A stretch of DNA of 56,676 nt, counting the filler, from Sluysia triapertura (taxonomy: Eukaryota): the NCBI GenBank assembly GCA_046118255.1. It is 4 parts of 4 records of this genome, joined end to end, with 100 filler letters (N's around TTAATTAATTAA, not from the genome) between each part and the next. Parts side by side here need not be neighbours in the genome. Positions count along the whole stretch, not along the records: positions 13,664 to 27,588 come from JBJNIA010014200.1; positions 27,689 to 43,326 come from JBJNIA010223242.1; 2 more parts are not named here. One strand, given 5' to 3'. The number at the start of each line of letters is the position of its first letter. Positions within the stretch are counted from its first letter, which is position 1. This document shows positions 24,671 through 37,177 of the stretch, piece after piece. The notes below the pieces were generated by a model, which saw only the letters and a program-made list of their open reading frames with translations, was not told the origin of the DNA and ran no database searches. The position numbers and the translations under genes were made by a program.

Positions 24671-27303
24671 TTTTATAAAATGTTTAATGCTATAAAATTA
24701 AAATTTATAAAAATGATTTATAAAATTTATAAAAAATATTATGAAAATATAATTTAAAAAATAAAATACTTTGAAATTATTTTAATTTTAGTAAATATAA
24801 ATTTATAATTCTAAATAAATAATGAAATTAATTTTTAATGTACACAGAAAATTATTAATAAATTATCAATAATAAGAGTGTAACTTTTCTATTAGTAGTA
24901 AAAAAGGAGTACATAAGAAAAATTAAAATGATCATATTTTAATAATACTTTTTGTAATAATTGGGTAATTACCACGTTACAATATTTTTTAACACACCAT
25001 TAGGCCATGTTTTTTAATATCAAGAATCGGAACACTTGAGTTTTATATCTGAAAGTTTCAAACTATAAAATAAACTAAATTACTTGTTCATTTTTAAGTT
25101 TATTACTGTTACCTGTAAAATATTATATTACAATTGGAAAACTATATAATAAATATTTAATATTTATTAATAAATTGTATGCATTTGTTTTATATTCCGT
25201 CCATTTAGATTGATATATAATTATAGTTTTTCTTTGTGATGCCAAAAGAACAACTATTATCAATAGTAGTTATTTTTGTACATGCATTTCATCACAAACC
25301 GTCTTCGATGTGTTAATTTCACAAAGGCAACAAAGGTGCATATGTTCATAAAATTTACTCTCATACTAAGATTATATCCAAAAATTATCATAGTTTATTT
25401 GTTTCATAGAAATTTTGCATTAAAAGTGCACAGATGTTAAATAGTTACGTAGACTTTCAAGTAAAATATTTGATTTAAGGACTAAGTAACATTATTTTTA
25501 AATTGTGTAGTAGTGGGAAACATACTAAGTTTCCCACTATATGCGAACCCATAGAGTAAATCATAGAGTATGTTTTAAAAGTACTTTAAAGAATAAATTA
25601 AAATAATTCCTGTTTCAGAATATTAAGTAAATTCATAATTACTTAACTTAATATATATTATATGATACAACCTAAAGTATGTAATAATTAAGTCAAATTT
25701 CAATATGTATGTTTTAATTTTTAAGATTAAATTTTAAAACTATATTAAAATTCTCATTTACAAATTGCGTACTAAAATTGAACACGTTTAATAAATTTTA
25801 AGTGATTCTTCTATTTATTCATTATTTAACCTAGATTTAAATGTAAATATAAACATGTCTTCTACGTTATTAATGAACGAACCTTGACACAGTCGTTTAA
25901 TAATAAAGTGTATAATTAATTTAAAATTTTATTGAAAATAATTAAATGAGTTTACGTAGCAGCAAATGCATCATTAAAATTTACTTTCATTTTTAAAAAT
26001 TTCTTGATTTATAACTCATTAAATAAATAATTTTTAATTAATGTTATTTCTAATGAGATAAAATATATTTTTCATTACTTAAAGTATTTTTCTTATGTAA
26101 TATGAAATCATTTAATCATTTAATGTTAAAGTTTAATGCGTTGTTGTTGTATGGTTTACGTTTGAAGCTTTATAATTTGTAGATTATAATAATACTTAAC
26201 AAAGCTATAAGGAAACAATTTTCATAAATGAAACACTTTTTACAATATTGCTGCACTTTTTATGTATTACTTTTATTGAAAGAGAAATAAAATCATCAAA
26301 AACAAAGGTGAATGTGAAATGTTCCATTTTAAATAAACTCTACCACTCCAAAAATAAACTTTATGCTAAAACATATTTAGAAAAACTGCATTAACCCTAG
26401 GATTAACAAAATTACTTAGATTATCAAACGCTTGCGAAATTTTCCACAATATATTTCTTTATTTTCAATAAATTGCATATTTAAACACACTCATTACATA
26501 TTATTCCCTTCTTTGGATGTAAAAGATAAACATAATTGTTGCATTTACAGCACATACTAGAAATTATTTTAGCTTTTTGCTTTTATTCTGTGTGCCAGAA
26601 TATTAATAATAAATAAAGCATCTTCCTAGGAATGTTGATGCTGTGTTTAAATTTTTTCTGAGCAAATGGCTTTGGTTCCGCTTAAAATATCGGTATGCAA
26701 TCCTACGAAGTTTGATTAACGCAAAATTAAAATTGAAAATTTTCAAAACTTCAGCTCAATATGTTTATAAAAAATTAAAATAGCTGTGGACAATTTTGTC
26801 CACGCTTCGTAAGCGTAGGTTTAAATAATGGTTTGGTTGAAAATAAATAAATGTCAGAAATACAACTTGTACAACAAAAAAAATGTTTTATGTAATTTTA
26901 AGAATATTTTTATAAATAATTTTATAAGATTTTTTTTCAAAATGAAAAACATTACGTAAACTACTTACAACATTCTTTGATATTCTTCGTGTTAATATAT
27001 TTCAAACAAATATTCTTAAAATCGCAAGCGCTGAATAAGGTGAATTTTCACTAAAATAAGAAATATTCAAATTGAAACTGAAGGTGAAAAAAAATATAGC
27101 TGCGAATTGTGCCCAAAATAAACATCAAAAAAATAAATATTTAAAATTTAAATAAAAATGGAAACATTATTAATTTTATGTAATAACTGCATTTAAATAT
27201 ACGTTGAATTATTTTGTTAAACTTATTTATGTACAAATTTTGGCAGCGGAAATGTTAATTTTACTTTAAAAATGTGTTTAAAAATTCAATATTTAATAAA
27301 TTT

Positions 27304-27445
27304 NNNNNNNNNNNNNNNNNNNNNNNNNNNNNNNNNNNNNNNNNNNNNNNNNNNNNNNNNNNNNNNNNNNNNNNNNNNNNNNNNNNNNNNNNNNNNNNNN
27401 NNNNNNNNNNNNNNNNNNNNNNNNNNNNNNNNNNNNNNNNNNNNN
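27304..27445. other. Assembly gap (N run)
   Basis: Directly visible. Confidence 0.98.
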
Positions 27446-27588
27446 TGGATTTTTAATTGCAAAATACATTTAACTTACAAATCTATTTGACTTTGTTTCG
27501 TTTTTTAGTGAACAAAAAAAACAAAAACGATTTTATAAACCTTGTAAATTAATTAAATATTTTAGAAAGAAAAATTCAAGAGTTATTT

Positions 27589-27688
27589 NNNNNNNNNNNN
27601 NNNNNNNNNNNNNNNNNNNNNNNNNNNNNNNNTTAATTAATTAANNNNNNNNNNNNNNNNNNNNNNNNNNNNNNNNNNNNNNNNNNNN
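27589..27688. other. Assembly gap with artificial linker
   Basis: 44 N + TTAATTAATTAA + 44 N. Confidence 0.95.
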
Positions 27689-27872
27689 GTTAAAATCTAT
27701 GTTGTTAGTTATCAATGAGTGAACAATAAGTTTAGCTGTTTCTTTATTAATAAATTTTCGAATATTTGATATTCTATTTGACTTTTTAACAATACAGTTA
27801 ATATTTTCTTCCATGTTCATTTTTGAATCCATATAACAACCTATATTTCTTACACTAAACGACTTATGCCCT
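27689..27872 (-). mobile_element. L2/CR1-type LINE reverse-transcriptase C-terminal fragment
   Basis: SVRNIGCYMDSKMNMEENINCIVKK...IRKFINKETAKLIVHSLITNNIDFN matches the VRNLG..D...IR.FL..A..LVH....LDY motif series. Confidence 0.75.
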
Positions 27873-28365
27873 GAAGTTGGCTCTACTTTAAATATATGTA
27901 ATCAAAAAACTACATAATATGGTCGTAAAACTATTAACTCTTATTCTCGAACAAAATTTAAATTCTTTACAAAAAATTCATTTAAATAACGAATTTATTA
28001 AAATTACAAATACTTTATTTGCATAACTTAAAATGTAAAATAGACAAATAAACAAAAATGAAAACGGAACAATTTAGTTTACATTGAACTAAATGTTTTT
28101 TAATTTTAGTATGAAATTTTTCCGTTCGGAATTTTAAAGATAATGCTAATAATGTTCTTAACAATAAAAAGGTTTACTTATTGCACGGAAAAGTGTAAAC
28201 GAATGAATAGATCAGAATTGAATAATAAGAATCATTACAAAGATAATTAAAACTTCTTTTCTACTTTTAGTAATACGTTTTCTTTTTATTCTTTTAAGAA
28301 TTTTAATGATTTTAAAGGATCATGATGATAACGTAACAGTATGAATATAATTATTTTTGAATTGT

Positions 28366-28485
28366 GGCGGGAAATTTGTCCATATATAATATAATTTTAG
28401 TGATTATATTTGATTATTAGTGAAAATAAGCGCGGAATTATAAATCGAATTAGTATTCACAAATTGACCAATCACGAATTCGTGA
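28366..28485 (+). promoter_or_regulatory. Possible promoter: E2F-like GGCGGGAAA, CCAAT box, 14-bp palindrome
   Basis: ggcgggaaa at 28366-28374, ccaat at 28468-28472, tcacgaattcgtga at 28472-28485, directly upstream of an ATG at 28499. Confidence 0.3.
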
Positions 28486-28498
28486 AACATATTAAGTT

Positions 28499-28672
28499 AT
28501 GTTTGATTTGCAAACGAATTACAGAATATTTTACATGGCTTGCCTGTCTGGCCATAATGAATTTCTCAGTATATGAATTTTGATGAAATATTATTTACAA
28601 CAGAACAGTTAATTTTTGCAATCATTCTTGATGCATTTAATTCGCGGTGATCCCCAAGGCATACAACATGTT
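28499..28672 (+). pseudogene. Ankyrin-repeat gene 5' fragment, apparently disrupted
   Basis: MFDLQTNYRIFYMACLSGHNEFL, a 35-nt gt..cag intron, then KQLIFAIILDAFNSR*SPRHTTC. This resembles the ANK consensus (AC..GH.E..K.LI; D..N..G.TPLH.AC) but has an in-frame TGA. Confidence 0.4.
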
Positions 28673-30407
28673 AATAGTCAAATTATTAATTAATTTACTA
28701 ATTTAGAACTGACAGTTAAATGGGAATATTCATAGAATATTCATAAATAAAGCAACTCTTAATTTTTAATTTTAATATTTTGTTTTGCATTTATAAATTG
28801 ATTTTACAGATACATCTATTTTGAGTTTCTATCTGAGACCCTTACTCTGAGTTATATAGATTAAACTTATATCTTTATTGCTTCTTTAGGCAACCTTAAA
28901 TTGATTATTTATGTGGAATATTTTAAAAAACAAATTATATTTTATTTTATTTTAGTTTATTATATATTTATTATATAAATTATAAATTATATATTTATTT
29001 TCTTTTTTTTGCTTTACATAATATTTAATTTAAAATTAATATTACTAAATAAATCAATTTATGATTGAATAAAACAATATTAAAATAATAATACTTTTAT
29101 GCAACCGATTTTAATTTACTAATAAATTTTGATGAGACACAATCAATATTACGGTTTATAAACAAAATTAATTGATTATTTCGAAATAATTTAATTAAAA
29201 CTTTTTTGGATAAAATGATATATAAATATATCAGTTTAGATATCAATATTGAAATTTAATATTTAATCAATGAATTTAAATAATTCAGTTTGGTTTTATT
29301 TAGCATAAGTTTACTCTTCGAGTATTTCGAATTTAAACTACTTAAATGATGATCATTTCAATTTGGTCAAAAATGATGTCAAAAACTAAATTAAATATAT
29401 TTTTAAATTTTAATAAATATTTGTAAGATTCGTTTTACATTGTTTGAATTGTAATTATTTCGAAAATTATTTTTGTTCACAATTATATATTATTTTATAC
29501 ATTATACATTATTTAATTTGTACTTATTACTGTTTTTATAAATAGTTTTAGTTTTATTAAATTATATTTACATATGATCGATTTTTCATGCGATATTCAT
29601 TAATATATTGTTATACATATTGATTATAGAAAAATATGCATACACAAAATCAATTACAAGCAAGCTATTTCGCGTGATTATGTTATTGTTATTATAATTG
29701 TTTATTATTATTTTATACATATGTGCTTGTATAATATCGATTTCATTAAAAAATGAGTTACTGAGTGCTAATTTGATATGATTTATAACAAACTTAAAAA
29801 GTACTTATTGGATTCTGATTTGCTGATTCTCTAATATTGTCCAGAATGTTATTATAATTATTATTAATTCTCTTTAATAATTCGAAATTGATATTAATGC
29901 GGCTTTCATCTAATAGAAAATAATTATTGGTTGGTTTCTTATTTTTCAAGAAACATCTTGTCTAACAAACATTCATTTTAGTCCATATTTTTATATCGTG
30001 GGTCCAAGTTGCAGTAAACGTCTTAGAGTATTGTGATGACATTTTCGATGGTTGTGATAGCAACGCTAACAACATTAAAGTTCACATTTTATTACTTACT
30101 AATTTGCGTAATATAACTTAATTTAGAGTTTGTTGTATTTGTAGAAACACAACTATAATCATAACTCTTCTACCTTTGCCAAGCAAGAAACGAGTCAAAA
30201 GAATTCACGATAACTCATAACTATAATCATAACATTTAATTCATCGATCTAAGACTATATCATAAATTTAAAGAAGTAAAGATAACAAATTTCAATAAAA
30301 TTATAAATCTATTATTATAATTATTATTATGATTATTATTATCATAATTATTATCATTATTATTATCATCATTATCATTATATTATTATTATCATTATTA
30401 TTATTAG

Positions 30408-30912
30408 ATGTATCTAAATTCACTGATGGTGTATGTAATCGTCGAAATATTCGAAACATTATACCCAAATCTGATTTAGAATATCTTCAAAAAACCGTAT
30501 CATCAAAATCATTTCTTAATAAATATAATCTTGCAATAGAATTAAGTCAAATATTTACGAAATATCTTCACATTCCAACCAATCAAATCATTCAGTCTGA
30601 TCAAGCTCTAAGAATAGTCAAATCGATTAAAGAAAAGTTCAAACATGTACTACAAACACCTTCATCGAAATACGGTGGAGTGGGATATAAGTTTCAATTG
30701 GAAGAATTAAATGAGTTACTAAATAAAGATACAGAATTGTATTGTTTTATTGAAGGATTGAATCAGTGTGCAAATTTGAAATTGAAGTTTATTGAAGCCA
30801 ACCGAAAGGAGAATTTGAAGGATCCTATTATACCAGGTACGTCAGTTGATGTGGAAAAATCTGTGGTACCTATTCAACATGTTAGTCATAAGAAGAACTC
30901 AGAAAGCACCTC
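30408..30912 (+). CDS. MPP5: PALS1/MPP5/stardust exon: L27N and L27C domains
   Basis: ttag acceptor and TC|gtaagt donor, phase-compatible with exon 35863. DLEYLQKTVSSKSFLNKYNL and LEELNELLNKDTELYCFIEGLNQCA resemble the two PALS1 L27 domains. Upstream exons are not identified. Confidence 0.7.
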
Positions 30913-31445
30913 GTAAGTAAACTTATGCTTTGTTTTAATATTTGTGGATATAATTATTTATCGCAACCCTTATTGGGCCATCTAAACCAATGATTTTTAA
31001 AACAATTTTGATTTATTAAAATTGAAATAGTTTTTTAATATTTGGTTTTGATTGGCTGGAATGAGTGAAAGTGATTGGTTTATTTTAGTATTTCAGGGAA
31101 CGATATTATTCTAATTCTGAGTTCGTCGATAGTAGGAGACTTAAAACTTACAATAGGCTCTCTTATAGGATTTTAACAAAATTATATAATAATCAGACTA
31201 AACTAGTACGTTGAAATTATTGATCAGATATACTTGCACAGAATAGTTGTTCTCAGAAAATCGATTACTTTATATTAATATCCAATTGAGTATCTCTATA
31301 ATTTATTACTATTATTTTTCTAAATTTTAAATGTGTATTTTATTATGAAATATTTTCTTATTTATTGTTGCCTTAAATGAGGATGTAGTCGTAATGCATG
31401 TTAAGCAAATACAAAGTAAAACTAACTGATGAAATTTGTAATCTG

Positions 31446-32470
31446 TTATAATGAGTAGACAATATTGGATTCGTATAATGGAGATGCCATTATAGGTGGT
31501 AATGGTGGTCCTGGAGGAGCAGAAAATCGATTAAATCTTGGAATTGAATAATGGTTATTATCATCATCATTAGGCGGTAAATTTGAGTACTTACACTTAT
31601 TCATGATAAACATCGTAATCATTAGTAAAGTGATGATTAATGCAGTAACGAATAATGTAGCCGCAATGATTAAAATTGTTAATGATTGATCCTTTTGTAA
31701 TGATTCTAAAATCTTTTAAGCTTTTTATTACCTTGTATTGCATAATGTAATTGTTTAATGATCTTAGTTTGATTTCTTATGAATATTATTATATGTCGAT
31801 CTTCAGAGAATAAGTAATCTTTACAAATTGCAACCGGATATTCCATATTAGGTATTACGTGTGCATAAATTTCCCATATACTAAAGTTTAATCTTATAGG
31901 GTTGATACATATATAATGTGCTTTAATATGTGTTTTAGTCATTTTAATTTGTACTTCCGTGTCATAATTGTAGAAATCGAAATATTTTGATCTATAAACT
32001 CTGAGATTCATTTGAAATTGTCATATATTATTAATTCCTATAATTCTATTGCATGTTATTATATAATACATGGTGAATAACATGCATCTGACAGTAAAAA
32101 CTAAAAGTGCTAATATGAGAATCTGCGTTTTTCTTAGAGTTGCATAATATATAGTTATTTATCTTGTTGGTGATATTATCTACTTCGTTTGTTGGTATTA
32201 AAATTTCTTGACGCTGATTGTATTGGAACACCTATCGTTGTTACGCATAGCGAAAGTTAATTAAGTAGTGTAATGAATGATTTATTAACGATTTAAAGTA
32301 AATACAATTTCAATTGTCCAGCGTTGATTAAAAATGTTAGGAAAATCTCCTGTTTAGTATTGGTGTATTTAGTCAAATGTGATGAATATGGACTACCATT
32401 GTTAATAATTGGATAAATAGTAATACAAAAGAAATAGTAATGTAAAGAAATTTATTATTCTTGATGCTTC
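31446..32470 (-). pseudogene. Env-like type-I membrane protein remnant
   Basis: N-terminal hydrophobic stretch KFLYITISFVLLFIQLL (~32400-32455). Cys-containing ORF fragments 32046..32231 and 31706..32011. TM LTILIIAATLFVTALIITLLMITMFIM (~31602-31682), then a Tyr/Pro-rich tail to a stop at 31446-31448. Confidence 0.55.
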
Positions 32471-32679
32471 TTATGAGCATTATACTAATATTGCTACTAC
32501 TACTATTATTGTTAAAAGTTACTACGCCGGATGTATTTGATTGAGAAGTTGATTTGGAGTTGGCGTCGAGTCTTGGGGATTTTGTGGAGAAATTTGATAA
32601 TTTTGCTGTGATGGTAATGGTGGTATTGCCCTTGTTATTTGAGGTAAAACTAGTTGCAGTAATACTACGTATGTACCCA

Positions 32680-32990
32680 ATGGTATTTTAAGAAAACCTA
32701 ATCTTCCATGTATTACAACATTTTCTAATTTACTAAATACATCCATTCCTATTATAACCTCATATAGACATCGGTCCGAAGCTAGTATGTAACAAATAAA
32801 TCTACATCTAAGATTGTTTAATTGACATTGTAAAATTCAATTACAGAAAATAATTGTAACATTAATTTCTAAAGCATTTAACATATTATATTTAATAATA
32901 GTATTATTCGAACCTGTATCTACAACAGATCTAACCCATCTTTGATTAAATTTAATACTTTGTACTAAATAATTTTGTATTTGAAAAAAA
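32680..32990 (-). pseudogene. Retropepsin-type aspartic protease located downstream of the integrase
   Basis: NYLVQSIKFNQRWVRSVVDTGSNNTII (DTG at 32912-32920) and CLYEVIIGMDVFSKLENVVIHGRLGFLKI. Confidence 0.8.
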
Positions 32991-35222
32991 ATGTTATCAT
33001 ATTTACCATACTTATCGGTTTAGGTGGTTTGTCTCTATCTTTAGTTCTTGGTTTGACTTTTAAAACACTTTTGTTACTTTTCTATCTCTTAAATTATCTT
33101 CATCTCTTGGCGCCTTTTTACAACGATTTACATGTACTACAAATGTTTCAGCCTTTGTATCGTTTGGTTTTTTAATATATAAATTAGTAGAAGTCGTTTT
33201 CATTACTTCATATGGTCCTTTAAATGGTTTATGAAGGCAAGTATCTTGGTTTTGCTGTTGGATAATCTACTAAAACTTTATTTCCTATTTTAAAATTATG
33301 CTCATTTGTCTTTTTATCCTAGATATTTTTATAAGTTTCCTGCGTATAACGTATTTGTAATCCGACACGTTTCCATGCATCTTGTAGATTTTCCCTCATA
33401 TTCTGGAGTTTCTATATACTGTGATAAAGGTGTAATCCAATCTAGATCTACTGGCATGTTTGAATGCCTTCCATACATTAAAAAGAATGGTGTAAAATTA
33501 GTAGCAGAATGCACTGAATATCTATATGCGAATAAGCATAAATCCCAGTCTTTTGCCTTTCGTTTACGTATGACTGTAACGTGTTTATTAGTGTTCTATT
33601 AAATCTTTCCACCAATCCATTTGTTTGTGGATGATATGGAGATGTATATATCTTTGTAACTGATTTTATCGCGTCGCTACTAAAATTGGTTCCTTGATCA
33701 GTTAATAGCTTTCTTGGAGTCCATAACTATATATTAATTTTTCTACTAAAATTTGCGTCACAATTTCAGCTTTCTGATTCGGAATCAAATAAGCTTCTGG
33801 CCATTTTGTTAAGTAATCAATAAATACTATTATATATCTGTTTCCATTTATTGTTTCTGGCAATGATCCCATTATATCCATTGCAGTGAATTCCATTGGT
33901 GAGAGTGGTACCGGCATTGGTTTTAATGGTACTTTTGTTTTACTTCCTGTGTTTTTTCTTCTACAACAAATAGTACAATTCTTACACCAATTTTTAATAT
34001 CCTCTTCCGTATTATCCCAATAATATTTATTATTAATTCTAGACAATGTTTTTCTTGTTAATAGGTGTCCACCCAATTGACCATCATGATATTATATTAG
34101 TAATGGCGTTATTAAAGATTTTGGTACAATCGTTTTCCTCTCATCTTTTGAATATACCATCTGTTATTGATAACTTTTTTGCTTGATCTTAATTTAACAA
34201 GCCTTTAGAATTGCTTCAAATGCATATGACATTTCTTCATCTTCTCTTTGATGTTTTATTATTTATTTTGGTTCTTCTACTGAGATTGACATTATTTGTA
34301 TGAAATTTGTTTCATATCAGTGTTAGTTAATCGAGACATACAGTAGGCACCATTGTTAATTGATCCTGGTTTGTAAATTATTTGTAAATCGAATTCTGCC
34401 AATTTTGTGAACCATCTATTTAATCGACTTACTTCATCCCTGTGGTTATACAGATACGTTAACGGTTTATGGTCCGTATATAAAAATACCTTTTGTCCTA
34501 ATAAATAGTGTCTAAACCATTTACACGCATACACTAATGCCAAACATTCTTTTTCTATTGTTAGGTAATTCATTTCCGCTTTATTTAATCTTCTACTTGC
34601 ATAGGCTATTACCCCTTCTAAGTTTTCTTTATTTTTTTGTCCCAGGATTGCTCCTATCGCAAAATTACTATAATATAATATCAATTGTTAATATAAACGG
34701 TTTACTCATATCTGGAAACATTAATTTTGGTGCAGTTGTTAATTTTTTCTTTAATTCAATAAATGCCTTTGTTTGTTCTTCGGTCCATTTAAATATTACG
34801 TTTTTCTGAGATAACATTTTCAAAGGTAGAACCTTTTTAGCAAAATCTTTCACAAATCTTTTGTAATAATTTGCTAATCCTAAAAAGCTTTGAATTTTCT
34901 TTACACTATATATTAACCTTTGAACATAAAGAGGAGAGATCCGACAAAGAAATTAGTTATTAATAAAATAACAAATTGATATTAATTTTTTTAGCTACAA
35001 AGAGTAGAGAAATACTTATTCGTAGTCAGTTCTGTGGATACGTCCACTTTACGTTGTAAACCGTAACGTACAGACGAACCCGATTAATCTTCATAATTAA
35101 ATAAATAAGTTTATTAACAATCTGAAGCCAGTCCAACCTAATATAAAACATTAATTACATAATTTATTAATATATCAAGTTACTTACTTTTCATATTCAT
35201 AACTATCATACATTCTTCTTAA

Positions 35223-35288
35223 CCCCTTAATGCATAATTTTAAAAAACCGTGCATGCCCGTGTTAATACGTTTCTGCGCGTTAAGGGG
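35223..35288. mobile_element. 66-bp piggyBac-type MITE
   Basis: TTAA|CCCCTTAATGC...GCGTTAAGGGG|TTAA. Confidence 0.75.
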
Positions 35289-35862
35289 TTAATGCAAAGT
35301 AGCGTTGCATATGTTTAAAACACTCTATTAAAAATGTAATTTTATTCTTTCATTGTTTTTACAAATGATATTTTTAGTACGTTAATAAATACATTGATTT
35401 ATTTAAATACTTAATTAATATCGATTAATTCAGTTACATATTTATATGCAATAAGAAATGTATTTCGCGCAAAAAATATTTTCTTGATTCACGATAAATA
35501 TTCATTTTCCCTAATTACAAACATCATCTAACTAATCATCGATTTTCGTACGTTAGATGATTTAGATCTTTTGGTTAAATCAATTTTTGCTTGAATAATG
35601 ATTTCATTTAAATTAAAATTATGTCAATATGGAGTCTGAAACAGAAAATTTTCAAATTCAATTTGTATGCATTTGTGCATTTGGAGACATACATAGCTAC
35701 CAAAAACTATTTATTGTATGATAAAAATGAATCCTTGGATTGTGTCGACAAAGCAAAGTTTGAGAATCTGGTTAAAATCCACTAATAAGTTCAATATTAA
35801 ATCAAAAATAATGTATAATTATCTTGCTGGAAAGCATTATCCAATTAAAAATTAATTTTCAG

Positions 35863-35989
35863 AAAAGAACTTGCACCTGTCACTAGAACCATCAAATCTC
35901 ATATTCCGAACTGTTATGCATTAATTCATGATACTGAAAGCGGCATACCAATCAAAACTGTTGTCTTGGAAAAAGGAAAACAACCATTG
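35863..35989 (+). CDS. MPP5: PALS1/MPP5 exon: linker and start of PDZ
   Basis: ttttcag acceptor and gttagt donor. ...GIPIKTVVLEKGKQPL joins in frame to GATVRNE. Confidence 0.85.
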
Positions 35990-36822
35990 GTTAGTTTTTA
36001 TTTAGCAAGTAATAATAACATAATAAAAATCATTACTTTTTTCAAATTCAGATTCACATTTATTGTGCTGATACCATTAGCATTAATATTTAGTAAAATA
36101 TTATTATTGCTCATTAATATTGGATGTATTGATTTATTATTTATTATAACATAGGTAATAAAATTTGACATTTATTTTTGATTTGTTTAATAACAATGTT
36201 GTACCATTTTTAATGTGTGCAATGTAAACAATGATTAAACAGCCATAATGATATTACACTTAATGTTCTATTTTTAGCAAATAATTATTGTATTTTCTTT
36301 TTTCATAATGTTAGTATATTTAAATTTGGATATTACTTAATAAAATATTCTATCTTCATTTATTTTCTACATCTTTATCTGAATATTTGTTATTAAAATG
36401 TAAAAGTAAATATGTAATGCTGGCAAGAATCTTTTAAGATATTTAATTTATAATTATTTTAAAAATTATTAAATGTGGAAACCTATTGAAAATCGTTTTA
36501 AATCAACAAAACATTATTCAGCAAAAGTTTTATAATTGAATTGATATAAATAAGGATATCATAATTAGACGAAGAACTTAAGTACAATAATGGAAAGAAA
36601 ATAAATCAAAAATTAAAAAAGAAAAGGAGAAAATGAAAACAGGAAGCAACATAAGATAAAATTGATTGGTCAATTTAGATGGATGTTAAGTTTGAAGATT
36701 AATGACTTTTAATGAATGAAACTTGTAAATATTAAAATGTTTTCAATATGACTATGATGACGATATTGATGATGATGATGATAAGGATATTATATTACAA
36801 TTAATAGTAAATTTATTATCAG

Positions 36823-36898
36823 GGTGCAACTGTTCGTAATGAACGAGATTCAGTCATTATTGGTCGCATTGTGGTCGGCGGAGTTGCTGAAAAATCTG
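36823..36898 (+). CDS. MPP5: PALS1/MPP5 exon: PDZ
   Basis: [25 protein letters not shown] versus human [25 protein letters not shown]. GT-AG boundaries. Confidence 0.93.
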
Positions 36899-36956
36899 GT
36901 TATTTATTTACAAACTTTATTATTATAAAATTAATGATATTTATTTATGTAAACAG

Positions 36957-37042
36957 GTTTAATTCGCGAAGGTGATGAACTGCTAGCAGTTAATTCCATT
37001 GAATTGACAGGGAAAGATGTTAATGAAGTTTCGGATTTATTG
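36957..37042 (+). CDS. MPP5: PALS1/MPP5 exon: PDZ
   Basis: (G)[28 protein letters not shown]. 58-nt upstream intron and gtgagt donor. Confidence 0.93.
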
Positions 37043-37090
37043 GTGAGTCTTTTTTTATTATTATTAAACACGTTCATTCTTTATTTTTAG

Positions 37091-37177
37091 AGTAATATGA
37101 AGGGCATTCTTAAGTTTACTGTGGCATCCCAAGAAGCTTTAACATCTTTGTCAAGGCAAAACAAATCCAGCAACCGA
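37091..37177 (+). CDS. MPP5: PALS1/MPP5 exon: PDZ end
   Basis: SNMKGILKFTVASQ... versus human SDMHGTLTFVLIPSQ. 48-nt upstream intron and phase-0 gttcgt donor. Confidence 0.85.

Larger units (their letters stand above)
31446..34907 (-). mobile_element. Ty3/gypsy LTR-retrotransposon remnant: RT end - RNaseH - integrase - aspartic protease - Env-like ORF; 5'-truncated, frameshifted, inside the MPP5 intron
   Basis: RT connection: KIQSFLGLANYYKRF, FKWTEEQTKAF. RNaseH: AYASRRLNKAEMNY, TDHKPL. Integrase: HHCC GHLLTRKT..CTIC, MDIMG, TDQGTNF, SPYHPQTNGLVERF, FKGPYEV. Protease: VVDTGS and IIGMDVF. A transmembrane segment lies near the end. Confidence 0.92.

Noticed and set aside
30329-30407. Poly-Ile/Leu 'signal peptide' at the start of ORF 30329..30916
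   Set aside because: Translation of an intronic ATT/ATC microsatellite. The exon begins after the ttag at 30407.
30913-31445. 3' LTR / polypurine tract of the intronic gypsy element
   Set aside because: No paired LTR, TG..CA ends or clear PPT could be identified by eye.
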